Shown here: piece after piece, positions 26,501 through 41,500 of the stretch
Position numbering within the stretch: the first letter of the stretch is position 1
How the letters are laid out: each line of letters begins with the position of its first letter
Source: Phoronis australis
Taxonomy: Eukaryota > Animalia > Phoronida
Reading direction: 5' to 3'
NCBI GenBank assembly: GCA_002633005.1
Contig: NMRA01000384.1
Coordinates: 15,992-79,991, forward strand
Length of the DNA stretch: 64,000 nucleotides
Made by a program: the position numbers and the translations under genes
The notes under the pieces: model-generated
What the model was told of the DNA's origin: nothing
The model's database searches: none
Seen by the model: only the letters and a program-made list of their open reading frames with translations

Positions 26501-29500
26501 CACACAACTACATAACGTGCTAGTCCCAGTACTTTGAGGGTTGGTTTTCTTCACAGTCTTTCAGAAATTGATCAATAGCCTAAAATTAGTCTTAATTCAA
26601 ACCATCACAACTAACTCAGTCAACACATAACAACAACACTACAAAAATGTCATGCTATTTGACTGCAAGATGCCATGCAGCACAGGGTTGTTGCTTGAGC
26701 GGGTAAAACAATATCAAAATTTAATAGCTTTGGTTAGTTATTAGGAGGAACTGATACTTGTTGTGTGTCCAGTAACACAGGCACTAGAAAACACTTGTCA
26801 ACAACATTCACTTTTGCTAATTTGGACTAAAGAATCCGACTCTCAAATCCGATGAGTTGAGGTTATAAACATCGACATGCTCAGAATGACTTGTTCTAAA
26901 CCACAGTGAAACTGGATAGTGATGATTTGTAACAGAATATTACTTAAAATGAGATAATCCGTTAAACTCTCTAAAATTCACAAACTCAGGTTGTCAAACA
27001 CAATAGCCATTTTTGTTGAGACGAAACAGTTGTTTTGCCATGACTGGTTAACATCTCATCGAACAATCTATTAGAAGCCTGATGCAGACAACTTCCCATC
27101 TGTTATCAAACTGGGTTTAATGCCACCATTACCCTGATTGTTTTAAAAATTCTCAAATTCTGGACGGTCTCTGAGAATTTGAGCAATGAAAACTCACGCA
27201 AAAATAGTCTGTAATTTGAGACGAGGGCGAATTTGGAATCTCCAATTCAGACAATGTGTTTTCAACCTAGAGAGTGGGTAATTTTGCCATCTTTCCAGTG
27301 ATTCTAGAATTTGGCACTGTCAATATTGCCTATTTCTAGAATTTGGGACCAACTCCGACTTTGAGCAAAATATTTTTCACCAAACCCATTAAGCTTTACT
27401 GGAGAATTAATTTCCGGACTCAGAAAAAAACTAACAGCTAGTTATTAATTGAGGCCTTAATAGGCGTATGAAGGTGTCAAGCCACGTTACCCAGTCTTTC
27501 TTCTGATACTTCATGTGCAAGGGTAAGTAAATGTGTGGACTGCACTTAAGAGTAGGGTTCATTGAACTTGCACGTCAATTTCAAATGGTCTATTGTATGC
27601 AAATGGCNNNNNNNNNNNNNNNNNNNNNNNNNNNNNNNNNNNNNNNNNNNNNNNNNNNNNNNNNNNNNNNNNNNNNNNNNNNNNNNNNNNNNNNNNNNNN
27701 NNNNNNNNNNNNNNNNNNNNNNNNNNNNNNNNNNNNNNNNNNNNNNNNNNNNNNNNNNNNNNNNNNNNNNNNNNNNNNNNNNNNNNNNNNNNNNNNNNNN
27801 NNNNNNNNNNNNNNNNNNNNNNNNNNNNTTCATGAAAATCCGTTCAGGACTTTTGAAGATACAAAGGTAAGCGTAAAAAACTAAAATTTCCACTAGGGGG
27901 CACACCGGTTGTCGGATCCGTCCGAAAGTTCGCACATGCCGTCCCATTCATGAATGGAACATATGTGCCAAATTTCATGAACGTATGTCAAAGGGTTTTG
28001 GAGATAGAGCAGCGGACGCCGGACCCCAGACGCCGGACGGACGCCGCCCGGACGGACGGACGGACAGAGATGACGGCATAATGCGTCCACATATAAATAT
28101 GTGGGCGCATAAAAATGTCATGCTATTTGACTGCATGATGCCATGCAGCACAGGGTTGTTGCTTGAGCGGGTAAAACAATATCAAAATTTAATAGCTTTG
28201 GTTAGTTATTAGGAGGAGCTGATACTTGTGTGTCCAGTAACACAGGCACTAGAAAACACTTGTCAACAACATTCACTTTTGCTAATTTGGACTAAAGAAT
28301 CCGACTCTCAAATCCGATGAGTTGAGGTTATAAACATTGACATGCTCAGAATGACTTGTTCTAAACCACAGTGAAACTCGATAGTGATGATTTGTAACTG
28401 AATATTACTTAAAATGAGATAATCTGTTAAACTCTCTAAAATTCACAAACTCAGGTTGTCAAACACAATAGCCATTTTTGTTGAGACGAAACAGTTTTTT
28501 TGCCATGACTGGTTAACATCTCATCGAACAATCTATTAGAAGCCTGATGCAGATAATTTACCCTCTGTTGTCAAACTGGGTTTAATGCCACCATTACCCG
28601 GATTGTTTTAAAAATTCTCAAATTCTGGACAGTCTCTGAGAATTTGAGCAATGAAAACTCACGCAAAAATAGTCTGTAATTTGAGACAAGGGCGAATTTG
28701 GAATCTCAAATTCAGACAATGTGTTTTCAACCTAGAGAGTGGGCAATTTTGCCATCTTTCCAGTGATTCTAGAATTTGGCACTGTCAATATCGCCTATTT
28801 CTAGAATTTGGGACAAACTCCGACTTTGAGCAAAATATTTTTCACCTAACCCATTAAGCTTCACTGGAGAATTAATTTCCGGACTCAGAAAAAAACGAAC
28901 AGCTAGTTATTGATTGAGGCCTTAATAGGCGTATGAAGGTGTCAAGCCACGTTACCCAGCCTTTCTTCTGATACTTCATGTTCAAGGGTAAGTAAATGTG
29001 TGGACTGCACTTAAGAGTAGGGTTCATTGAACTTGCACGTCAATTTCAAATGGTCTATTGTATGCAAATGGCATTCATGATTTACAATTGAAAAATTCTA
29101 AGCCACAAGTACGTGGAATAGTTACCCCTCCCCCCATCCAAAAAGTGAGACCATACTTATTACGACAAGTGGTCTAACTCAAAAGTGTGTTCAGAGCGGT
29201 CCAATCAGTTATTGTTAATAGTCTGGAGGGTAATACAGTGTTATCCTCTGAATGTAGTGTAAAATTTGCTGGTACGTAACTACTCAAACAACAAGCCATA
29301 TTGCACACACCTCACTTACAGGGGACACGGATTTTGTGAACCAATATCACCCCCCTTACTCAGCAGACTACGAAACTGGATCTCAAAATCTGGGACCCCA
29401 TATTGAATACCATTATATCGCGTCACTTACAAACAGTCCCTGGGATTCTAGCAGAAAAAATGGGTTAGGTGTATATTAGAAAAAGGTAAAAGATTGGATA

Positions 29501-32500
29501 CGTGTCTTTGCCTCAGAATTGGAAAAAGATACCTAACATATCAATGTATAGTTTCATCATCACTAAATATATACCGAATTTAACTGTATGAAATATTACC
29601 TCAATACTAAAGAAGGACCCATGTCATTAATATCATTTAATATGTATCATAATACAATTAAGATTTCCAGACCAACGTTGCTGAAACGCCGACCGACATG
29701 AATACCCAAATCATGAAAACCATACCCATATATATTGATGATGCATGGGTACCTACACCAACAGTGAAGGACCCCGGAAAAGAGTGTCACTCAGTTAAAG
29801 GAAAGGGACAACCTCTCCCACGTGCACACTTAATACATTTAGATTACCTACAGCAGAGCCTATACCTGGTAAAAGAACATTGCACAATAAATACATTGTA
29901 GATGCATTTAGTTAGTTGAACTGGCAGATTTTAAAGACCCTTGTATACTAACTTAACTCCAGCATGAAAGAAGCATCGATGTAAACCATTCACATCACCT
30001 TCAGTAACATTGAAGTAAACAGTAGGTGACACAGTAGGTGTCGTCATCGAAGTAACCCTGATAGCAGTGGCCCCTACTGATAATTTCGGTGAGACCGAAA
30101 CATCGACGCTCCGCCAACAAATCCACCAGGGTTTACTGCAAAGTTAACTGGCGCTGTTAACCTTGATTCAGGACCAAAGTTAACTGTTCATAATGACCGT
30201 AACTCTCCACAACTATCGACACTAGTATGAAAGGGCCTTAAAACACTAGGTAAACAGCAATTTCAGCAAGATAAAAACTGCTATGGAGTGGGCAGGCACA
30301 ACCGACTCAGTTTAAAAAAAAAACAGACCACAACCAACCAAATGCTTTTTTGGCCTTGCCCGCCATTGTGTGTCATCACCCGTCATTTTTGCCGAATAAG
30401 CTGTCATGATGGAAAATGATGTTTTGTAAAAATACTGTTGGCGCGTTGTGATTTTTTTTAAAATCTTGATACAGAGAACAAAATGTTCAATACCTGGAGT
30501 TAACCCCAGAATGCTCTAGAAAGCATTATATTTGCTGGGTGCATAGTGTAAATCACAAGACAATTATTAGTAGATCATTACCAGCAATATTGAAACCGTG
30601 AACTGCGCATGCGCGAAAATCACTCAGTTAGCCCCCTTCAGGATACATGGGATTCGCAGAAAACACAGCGTGAGGGTCTTATTTGTGAATCAATCACATT
30701 TGCCGATAGCACATAACATAGATAAGTATTTTGTTAAAAACGTGGCCAAGTTTCATCAAAATTGGAAAAAAATTTATGTTTAACATGGTATGGTCAAAGT
30801 TTTGGCTTATTTTGTCGCTTCGATCAGTGGAATCGCCGCTAAAAACCCGAAAGTGCATGTGAGAAAACGATAATTTTCGACCAAGCCTTTCATGTGCGGT
30901 TAGTTGCCGATAGACCCAACAGATGTCAGTATAATCAAGATTGAAATGCAAGAGTTTGAAGAAAATTAGACAAAATTTTGTATTTAACATGGGGTCGCCG
31001 AAAATTGCCAATTTTGGCCTTTTGATATCAGTTTATCATCATAGACTACCATTAGTGGGTCTAGTTAATTCGAAGTTTTTGGTTAAATCACTGATAATAT
31101 CCACACCAGTATACTAATAAACGTTTTCTCTATATATAGTAGTTTGATTCCAAAGCAATAAGTAGTGCGTACAACAGAAATTGGCCCTTGACCGGCCCGG
31201 CCCATAGTAGTATGGGAGCTAAAATTCAGCGTAAAACTCACCTGAGATGTTTACGATCCACTTTAGGGAAAAAAAACCTCGTTGTACCTAACAATAATTT
31301 GTTTCCGAGTACTTCGGGCATGGTTTAAAATTGAAAGGGGCCAGTACAAGTTGAATTTATGAGAATTGTATCGTTGCATTGCGAACTGAAAACTAGTCGA
31401 TTGAGGTAGTGCGAGATCAGGCAACGAGTAAGGACAGCTTTGATTTGCTTACAAGTGGTGGCTCATGATATTGGCCAGACATCTGTAATAATATGTTTTG
31501 TCTTTCCTTTTTAACGGAATATATTTGAACTTTGGTAATTTTGGGCTACAAAATGTAGAACAACCTTTCTGGTGCTTCTCTCCAGTGAGACACACGGAGA
31601 GTGAAGCGCTAACTGGTTCATAAGCGATGACCTAGTTTACGCAGAGAACCTGGCGGATGACCTAGTTTACGAATTGCTGGTAATGTTCTGAATTCAAAAC
31701 GTCTTCGCCTATCCCCAGTTTGTCAACCCTTTACTGAAAACACAATGCACCTGATGATTACACACAGGAAGCACGATCACATACCTTAATGGTATTCAAC
31801 ATGGCAGTTAACACCTGCTGTCCCGTGTACGACTCGCTCGCCTGGAACTGAGCTCGCAACGTCTGGAACACGTTGTTCATGACCTTCTTTACCTATTAGC
31901 AGAAACAAAAACACTCAAACATAAAGTTGTAATAGAGAAAATAGAGAATGAATCACTTTCTAAGAGATAAATTTACTTGGTGATTCTCTAGTTTCCCAAT
32001 GCCATTGACAGACGATGAACAAATTTCTAGAATAATGCTATAAGCCGCAGATCATTGCCCATTGAAAAAATCTGTGATCGATTCAAATGTTTCCAAATAC
32101 AACTAACTTTAAGTCAAATGCTTGTTGCTTAGCGATTGTCTTGGCAATGGCCACAAATAAAGAATAGCAAACGCATGGGCATCGCAGCATTTTGGAATGA
32201 TGGTAGCTCACCGCCATGACAAAATAGGTCAACCATCTGCCACGGTCATAACTAGGTCAATCATCTGCCACCGTCATAACTAGGTCAATCATCTGCCACA
32301 GTCATAACTAGGTCAATCATGTGCCACGGTCATAACTAGGTCAATTATCTGCCACGGTCATAACTAGGTCAATCATCTGCCATGGACATAACTAAATGAG
32401 TACCTAAGTCATGTCTGCTTTACAACAATGCCTGCTTCAATCTACAGTATTGTGATTGTTAAAACTTTGGATTGACCAGGCTTAACATGAAACCTGCGGG

Positions 32501-35500
32501 ACTTTTCGTGTGAACTTCGAACCATTAGAAACTTGGCCCGTGCCACTGGTGCGTGTACTCAGTCAATAAATTTGTACACAGTACACAGTAGATGTAATCC
32601 TTTGATACCAGGATCACTGATTTAGTCTAGTACACCTGTGAGCCCAGACCCAATAGTCTCTGGTTCATCCATTAAGTCATAGATTTGTAAACCACAGAAT
32701 ATGAGCCTCACACTTAAAACTGCGGGAAAGACGTAGACTAGTGTAAAATTGAACATTATCCTATTGCAAGGTTTACCCACCTCAGCTTCGATAATGTCAG
32801 GGCTTACTTCGCCGCCACCAGATGGCACCTGTTCAACCCTTTCCACAGCCTCATCACGTTGCTCAATGAGTTCGCGTATCCTGGTCTCATATTTCTGCTT
32901 CATGGAACCAGCCTGAGTACGTAGACTATCATACTAAAATACAAAAACAATAGCTTGAGTATGTACTAAACAATCATACTGGATATAATCCAACAGCCTG
33001 GCTAGTCAACATCCNTCATAACTAGGTCAATAATCTGCCACGGTCATAACTAGGTCAATCATCTGTCATGGACATAACTAAATGAGTACCTAAGTCGTGT
33101 CTGCTTTACAACAATGCCTGCTTCAATCTACAGTATTGTGACTGTTACAACTTTGGATTGACCAGGCTTAACATGAGACATGCGGGACTTTTCGTGTGAA
33201 CTTCTAACCATTAGAAACTTGGCCCGTACCACTGGTGTGTGTACTTAGTCCATAGATTTGTACACAGTACACAGTAGATGTACTCCTTCGATACCAGGAA
33301 CACTGATTTAGTCTAGTACACCTGTGAGCCCAGACCCAATAGTCTCTGGCTCATCCATTAAGACATAGATTTGTAAACCACAGAATATGAGGCTCACACT
33401 TAAAACTGTGGGAAAGACGTAGACTAGTGTAAAATTGAACATTATCCTATTGCAAGGTTTACTCACCTCAGCTTCGATAACGTCAGGGCTTACTTCGCCG
33501 CCACCAGATGGCACCTGTTCAACCCTTTCCACAGCCTCATCACGTTGCTCAATGAGTTCGCGTATCCTGGTCTCATATTTCTGCTTCATGGAACCAGCCT
33601 GAGTACGTAGACTATCATACTAAAATACAAAAACAATAGCTTGAGTATGTACTAAACGATCATACTGGATATAATCCAACAGCCTGGCTAGTCAACATCC
33701 CGTGATATCACAAGTAACATGGTGTAGTGTTAAAAACATCACCGAAAGAAAACAACACGTCTTGTCAATTGCTTACGTAAAAACTGAAAATACAGGTTGG
33801 CTAAAACATGCTTTTTGGTATGAGTGGAGCAAAGCCACCATCACGAAAAATCAAAAATTGAAAGCAAGTCTCAAAATTGAATAAATACAAAGATTAGCAA
33901 GTCTTTTTCCCAAAAGATTCTCGAGACACATGCCATCCGATCACGCTGAACTAAACCCTTATGGTCTACTAAATACAAGATACAAGTTTTATGTACTAGG
34001 TCTAATATATAAAACAAGCCATATTACTCTATTTTTCAGACCAGCACAACAAGTAAACAACTAATACCGTACTGAGCATTAAATATGAGCTCAACAATTA
34101 CTTAAAATCATGACATGTAAAATCTAAAGGTAAAGTACATGGAATACAAAATAAATAAAGAGTAAAAGCAACATTACTTAAAAAAATTTAAAAAGCATAA
34201 AAAGTAACGTTTAAAGCAATGTTGAAACGCAAATTATAGACAATTTTACACGTCATCCACAAGTTCACTGTGATGTCAACGGAAGTTTACGACCTGAAAA
34301 CCATCCCACAATGCATTTGAAAATCGAGAACAAGGCCGTAGATGCACTGGTCCACACTCTACCTTATCCTTCCACAGTTTCATCTCAGAGAGTTCCTCTT
34401 CCAACTCCTTGATCTGTTGACTACTTCCACCTTGAGAACTCTTCATCTCGGAAATCTGAAACATGGCCACAGATCATTTAGGCATTATTTCAAAAGCATT
34501 TCAAAGGACGAACAAATAATTTAAGAATGCGATGGAAAAGTTTTTTTGTTGCTTTACGATATGACATTTAATGGCTAAATCACTTTAAAGCATAAAAGTC
34601 TGGTGCGTAACATTTGAAAATGTTTATACATGTGTGATATTTACTTTGTAAAACAATCTCTATGTGTACCGTTTTTTATTCCACAATGTCATTTTGACCC
34701 CCGCCACAAGAACAATGGAAAAGTCTGTCATCACTTCCTGCAAACACTGATGGAAATTTAGACTCGTAAGCTCATACTACAACTGGCCCAACGGTGGGTA
34801 TGGCCCCACAAGAATGGCTACAGCCACAGGAGGATGGTTATGGCCCACAAGGATAGGTATGATCCCACAAGGATGGGTATGGCCCCACAAGGATGGGTAT
34901 GGCCCCACAAGGATGGGTATGGCCCCAGAAGGATGAGTATGGTCCCACAACAATGGGTATGGTCCACAACGATGGGTATGGATTTTACCATGAACCCCTA
35001 CCTTGCCAGTTAGCTCCTGAACACGGGAAGATAGCTGGTCCTTCTCTTCCTGCAAATCACGAACGATTCGCTGGTGTTTCTCATCAGATGTCGCTAGTAG
35101 CCGGTCGCACTTTGACTTCCATTCCGCAGTCAGCTCTTCTTCAATTTTAGACACCTGAGAATTGAAGGAACAGCTGTGATGCACCTCGGTGGATTTACAG
35201 CATGAGATTGATTTTTCTGGTATTGTTTCCATGAACTGAAGTCTTTAAAATCAAAACCTCAGGAGTTAAGAGCACTTAAACATCACTTAAAGTACAAACC
35301 AAAGGTGTACTATGTTTCATCTATCAAAAACACCAAAATTGAACGCCACAAACACATATCCAAGTCAGACACAGACACATTACATTTATTTATAAACAAA
35401 ATTAATATTCATTAGTGCTTAAGACCTTGACATATGGGTGCAACTCAAAAATTTTTATTTAATATTAGGCAAAAGAATTATTTTTTATTCAAATAACACC

Positions 35501-38500
35501 TGTGGTTGGATTATGGTTACTTATGGCAATCGCACAAGGTTGGTGAAGATTCTAGTACTTAGCCACGACAGTTGCATGAAGAAAAGTGATCGCCAATGCT
35601 GAAGCTGGCAATAAGATGGTTGATAGAACACATTTGCGAACACCTGACATCAGTGTCTGATCAGATGTCCTTTGTGTTGTCTCATAAAATTTCACTTCTG
35701 AATGCTGCAAAAGATTCCCTCAAATACCATTTGCTACTTACCTGCTCCGCTGCCACAGCATCAGTTGATGTCTTCTGCTTACGCAACTTATCCTTCAGGT
35801 CTTGCACTTCACTCTGTGAATAAAGACGACCAATAGGAGAAGTTGTGCAGTTTTTGAACAATTTGACATTGGTACAATTGACATTGCATCCTAAGCATTG
35901 TTTTAGTGATGTAGCTTCCCTCCAAACTGACAGTACTGAAGAACTAGCCCTACCACTTACCCCACCTTTTATCAGGGATCGGAATCAATTTGAAACCCAG
36001 CTTCGTACCTCGTGTTGTTGTTTCAACTCTTCAATTTCATCCTCCAGCTTCCTTTTCTCACCAGCGTGCTTCTTCTTTCGTTCTTGCAGCGACTGTAAAT
36101 AACCTCAAGGTCATTCCAGAAAATTCACGAAATGCCGCGGCAGCATTTCTCCATTATTAGTACATATACAGAAACTACCACATTCCAAAATTTCAGTGCG
36201 AGTGCGATACAGCAATCTCAACTGTCAGTAAGTGGCAAAACTATCACAATTTCAGTGCTAACCTAATGCGAGTATGCAGCCACAGGTCATTCGGTAACTG
36301 CCAATGAAATGAGGCTGCAGGTTTGTGGGACCCAATCATAAGTACGTGACCCACGTTCTTCGAATAGCCTGATGCCTGCAGGGCCACGTGACCAATGCTT
36401 ATCATTCAACTGCCAATTACTAACATAGCCTGGTGGTAATTTTAAGAAGTCCCGAGTGAGACTTGAGTCAACAGTGGGCATCAAACACTCGCACTCGAAG
36501 CTGCTGGTGAAGGCTTTACTACTGCAAAGTCAGCTACCCCTTGTGTGCTGCATATACAAAGAACAGTCCAATAGGCCATGCAAGAACAGTGAAAACTTTT
36601 ACCCTACATCTGGTTGTAATGGCACCAGTTTTCAAAAACGTACAAATAGAAAATGCACAAGGTTTGCTGGACAGCTGGAATCAAGCAGCAACTCAGTCCC
36701 TGCTTTTCTCTATTAAGTGAGTTTTGTTTCCAAACTTTTCAGCCAGTGATGTTTTGAATCTTTTTGTTTAGCCAATGATAAACACCAAAGGTAGCAAAAA
36801 TAAACGAAAGGAAAGTTTGAGTCTTCCAAAATGTCAACTCGTACTAATTGGACTTAATTATCATTCTTCACAAAGTCATCAATCTTTTCTGGACTTCAGC
36901 TTCAGTGATTCCCCTGAAGAAACTAATTCATTAAACCATGCGTGAGAATTTGTACAGTGAAATTAAAATGACGAGACGAAGGTAAAAAAAATTGACATCG
37001 AACAAGTGGTAAAACAAAACAAAACGGACATTAAGCTTTCAAGGGTCTGATTTATGGAAGAGACTGAACATTTGTGACTTGGTCATAGGCTCCCACTTCA
37101 AAATTTCCGAGAAAAGGTTCAGTCAAAGACAAGTAGTCAGGAACGCATAACTGATGATGTAATTTCTATATATAGAAATTACATCATCAGTTATCATTGA
37201 TTTGCAATTTTTCGAAACCAGTTGTGCGGAGACTTAAGTATCAAAAGACGTCACTTTTCATAAAAGAGGACCCTTATTATGCAGAAATAAAAAGTCCCGG
37301 AAGACTTCTACGAGCAAGGCACCCACATGACCGTGTATATTCCGTCGTTTAATTACATTAGAAAGAAAAGGTCATCCATTTCGGACAGCGATAATTGCCA
37401 GAAATGCCCTTTATTCAATTTTCAAGATTTCCTAACACTGTCATAGCTGCAAAATTTGATTAGAGAACTATTTTGGTTCTATGTAGAAAATGAGAAAATA
37501 AAATCTCAATTGTCAGCCAGATTCTCTCTTAAAACTGTGTTAACTTCATTTATATTATCCTTTCACTTAGTTTTATTCTATCTCTAGTAATGGCGATCAC
37601 TAAAATTGTATTAGTTATGCTCAAAAACATGACATTTCTTACAACACCGCAATCGTTCAGTACAACATATTGTGTTTAATTTCATCTCCTTATCCCGGAG
37701 GCATTATGGCATAGTTGGATAAGTGTCGGCCTTCTTCACTCAAGGTTGGGGCTTCAAGTCCTCTGGGTCACACTGCTAATCGTGTCTGTAGCTCTTCAGC
37801 TCATAATAAACCAAAAATGCAGTGCAATGGGCCCCAACGATCAGCCTGCGCATGTCTGATACAACGTGTGCCAGACCGCCCGCAATTATTTGTTTATTTA
37901 CCTTATCCAGCGTCTCGCTGCTAGACTTCAGTTCTGCCAATTCCTCTTCAAGGGTCGACAGTTGACTCTCCGCCTGTTTTCGTTTCTGTTTCTCCTCCCT
38001 CAGAGAGCTGGTTATCTCCTCAACTTTCTTCTCACTCTCTAAAAGTACAAAACATTCAGGTAAACATTAGAACAGTGAAACCGCAATAATTAGGGATAAC
38101 GAATTCTTTCAGAGAAACGCATTAGTACCTAGAATACCAGAAGGAGGTGTGTTTTACTTCCTTCGCGCTCACGTACAACCAACCCACTATACATAATCAA
38201 AATTCGTTAACTAAGTACTTTAAGGGCTCGACATAAGATGCAGGTAGCATTTACGACCTGAAATTTGGAAACGTGAGCTCAAGTTTTGGCCAGCTCGCAT
38301 TGGTCGACCTGGGAATTCCAACCGAGTCGAGTTTCGTACACTCCAGAACATAATTGACAGCAATAGAGGCAACTTGTGTAAATCCCATACAAACGCTAAT
38401 GAAAACCACTATCAGGGTAGGTGCAAAAGTACTGGCACTCACGATTTTGGTTGTTTTCGGACACGGAATTTGCCATCAGAACAAAAAAGAAACGTCAACG

Positions 38501-41500
38501 GGAAATGCTCCTATCGCAGTTTTCAGCATTTTAAACCTGGCTGTCTTGTACTTTTTTCATTCTCGAATGTTGGCAATCATGACTTTTGTGTTCTGGAAAT
38601 CGTGAGAGTGACCCGAATTCTACAAGTTCAACCTGGGAAAAAAGCCTGGACATAAATAATAACCTGATGATTTTCATAGCGTCTGGGGGTTGGTTGGGAT
38701 TGGTTTGAAGATCACATTCATGTTGACATACTATGTTTCAGGCGGAAAAATCCAACAATATATTAAATACTTCTCCATGATAAATACACACCAAGTTGGG
38801 TATTACAGGTGTCAAAAGTAAAGACCGCGCTTACTGAAATAATTTTTTATCGAAAACATTTAATTTGTTACCTGCAACAATGGCATTGAATACTGTCATA
38901 TAAACAGAAGCAACACATTTTCAAGAAAAACACCAACAAACAACATCAGGCATTATGGTAGTATGAATTCAACTACGCTAACACTTGTACGATCAGCAGA
39001 AATTTAGGTCCAGACAGCTCCAAAAATTAAAAATGTTCTATCACAGCCAGTGTGTAAACTTGCTTTTGTGCAGACTCACACATTGGAGTAAGCTGGAACA
39101 ACAAATAGCAATTAAAACACTTGACTCCAAACTTTGGTGTGATTGTCTGGAATGGCCACCAGCTTACACTTGTGATACTTCTCGCTGTCTGTGCGCTAGA
39201 GACATGGGACACGTGTCAGTAAACTTACAAGAGTGGGAGACTGATGTGTTTGACTCTGTACAATATTACTCCCTGACTAACAAAAATTATAGAGACTGTC
39301 TCAAATTGGGGATTTTTTTCTTCTTTTACTTTTTTGGGTTTTTTTTCATTTTTTCTGTTTTTCTTTTTCATAGTTTATTATATTCGACAATACACTTATA
39401 AGAGTTCATATTTACCCTGCCTCTATCAACAGGCATGTGTTGTCTTAATCCAGGGTTAGGAACTGGGTTGGAACTGGCATGTATATACAATTATTTCCAC
39501 TAAATATTAAGCAATTGGACATAATGTGCAATTTGTAATCAGCACACAATCATTGCCATTAGATATTAAATGTTTGAGAACAAAAACAACAGGCTGTCTG
39601 AAAGCATTCATGGTGAATGATAGGGGTAACCTGTGTAGTTTAATGCAACTGCATGTCAAGAAAAGACTGATAGAGATAATGAAAGAAGAGTATGCAGGTA
39701 ACAACAGATCACAACTATTGTAGGTTTCCCACGGCAACAAGGAACTCCTGTCCATAAAAACTTCTCCAACACAACTCCAACACAAATCTACTTGCAGGTG
39801 GCGTAACTGAATCATGAACTAATGAATTTGCAATTAATTATGTCCAACTGATCGCCATTATTTGCTGTCACATTTCTGTTACCATATTCCTTTACTTGCG
39901 ACTATTAACAGTTAGTAATGAAAGACACATTATGACAAATGTCTTATTCAGTATCGCATGATACATGTCACTACCTCTAGTGATTACTCCAGCGGAAATG
40001 GAGTTACTTTTTCCACTGAAGCGGAGTTACTAGGCAACTTCGCATTTTAATCCGCCTATTTTGAGAGGAGTTGCGATGACTAATTAAGTCCGGGAAATAG
40101 CCTTTCCCCATAGAACAGAACTCCGCTCAACAGGCAACATGAGATGTGGTATCAGAATGGCATGATACAGATTAACAAAAATTAATTAAATTTTGTATAG
40201 CACATCCTCTTCAATAGCTTTCCCATTACATCCAGGTTCACATTCACTCCATTGCACACGTTCACTGCTAAGACCGAGCTCAGAGGAGTAGGAGACACCT
40301 TTGAGCAATACTCGATTGTCAGCGAGTAAAATCAGGATTGGAACCCGGGTCTCCCAAATGGGAGTATGGATTTCAAACCACTGAGCCACACTGTCCCCTT
40401 GTAAAATCAAGATGCGATAAGAACATTTGGTACAATTAAGTAATACAAATGTCTCAGAGTCAATAATCAATAAATACATGAAAATCTTCGAAAAATAGAA
40501 ATTTTTAAATTGAATGTTGAGTGATGGTGAACTTATTGTTAGTAACTTCAGTGACCGAATCCTGGTTCAGATTTAACTCTTACCTCTGCGGAATATCGCA
40601 ACGACGCCAGCCACCAGGGGCACTAACAGCCAAACGAGTTCATAATCCACCATTTTCAACACCTGCCTCCGTAATATCCTTAAGTCAAATTTCTGGCAGC
40701 CTATCGTTTAAAAAATTCACCCTACACAGGTATCAGATAAGCATCAGACCCAGAAGAGCTATTTCAATACTAAGCAAAGTTTCCAAAGGTTATCGCAGGT
40801 TTTTGTGTATATTGTCAGCAGAATAAACACTGTTGACGTAGACAGCACATCTGGCTTCAGCAGTTTTACAAGTCTGTGCAGATAAATGGGCGTGGTTTTA
40901 ATCCCGAGGTGATTTACAATTTCACCACCAACAAAACAAATTACTTATTCATTACCTAGCGAAAAGTAAACAACATTTTTCAAGCCTCGACAAAACAATT
41001 TTTAATGCGTAATGATTTCGATAATTTTCAACTCTCAACAATATCCACCAACCACGCAAGCATAAATGAGATGAAAGGATCTCCCAAAAGTTTTCGTGTC
41101 ATTACTTAACAAAAAGCAAACTGTTGCATTCCGGGTCTTCTATAATCTGCGACACACAATCCAACAAAAGGGAGGAGGCAATATTCTATCAGCTCAGAAT
41201 CAGATGTGGTCCACAATAAACAACATCCTCTTGACAAACAACTCCTAAACAACAAATACGCCACAAAAATCCAGTATCTGCACAAATATCAATTCAATCC
41301 TCCCTTTTCCACCATTTCATAATAAACAGCGCAGAACCAGACAGTCAAATAATCTCCATCTCAACATCAATCAATTAAACCGGTGTCATCAAATACTTTA
41401 CAGTCCATAGGAAATAGCCAGGGACAACTACCTATGGGATAACAATGCAGCAACTGTTGTAGATTGAGCCCCAGTGACCTCACACTGACACTCTATATGA

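Larger units (their letters stand above)
26643..29072. repeat. ~960-bp near-identical direct duplication (26643-27607 and 28111-29072) around an N gap
   Basis: Copies differ by scattered SNPs and small indels; separated by gap 27608-27828 and a HINE fragment. Confidence 0.9.

Noticed and set aside
16958-27947. ORFs containing long X runs
   Set aside because: Artefacts of N gaps.
30560-31066. Possible third HINE-like element ending in hairpin TAGACTACCATTAGTGGGTCTAGTT
   Set aside because: The 3' end is plausible, but I could not define the 5' subTIR, so it is not called.
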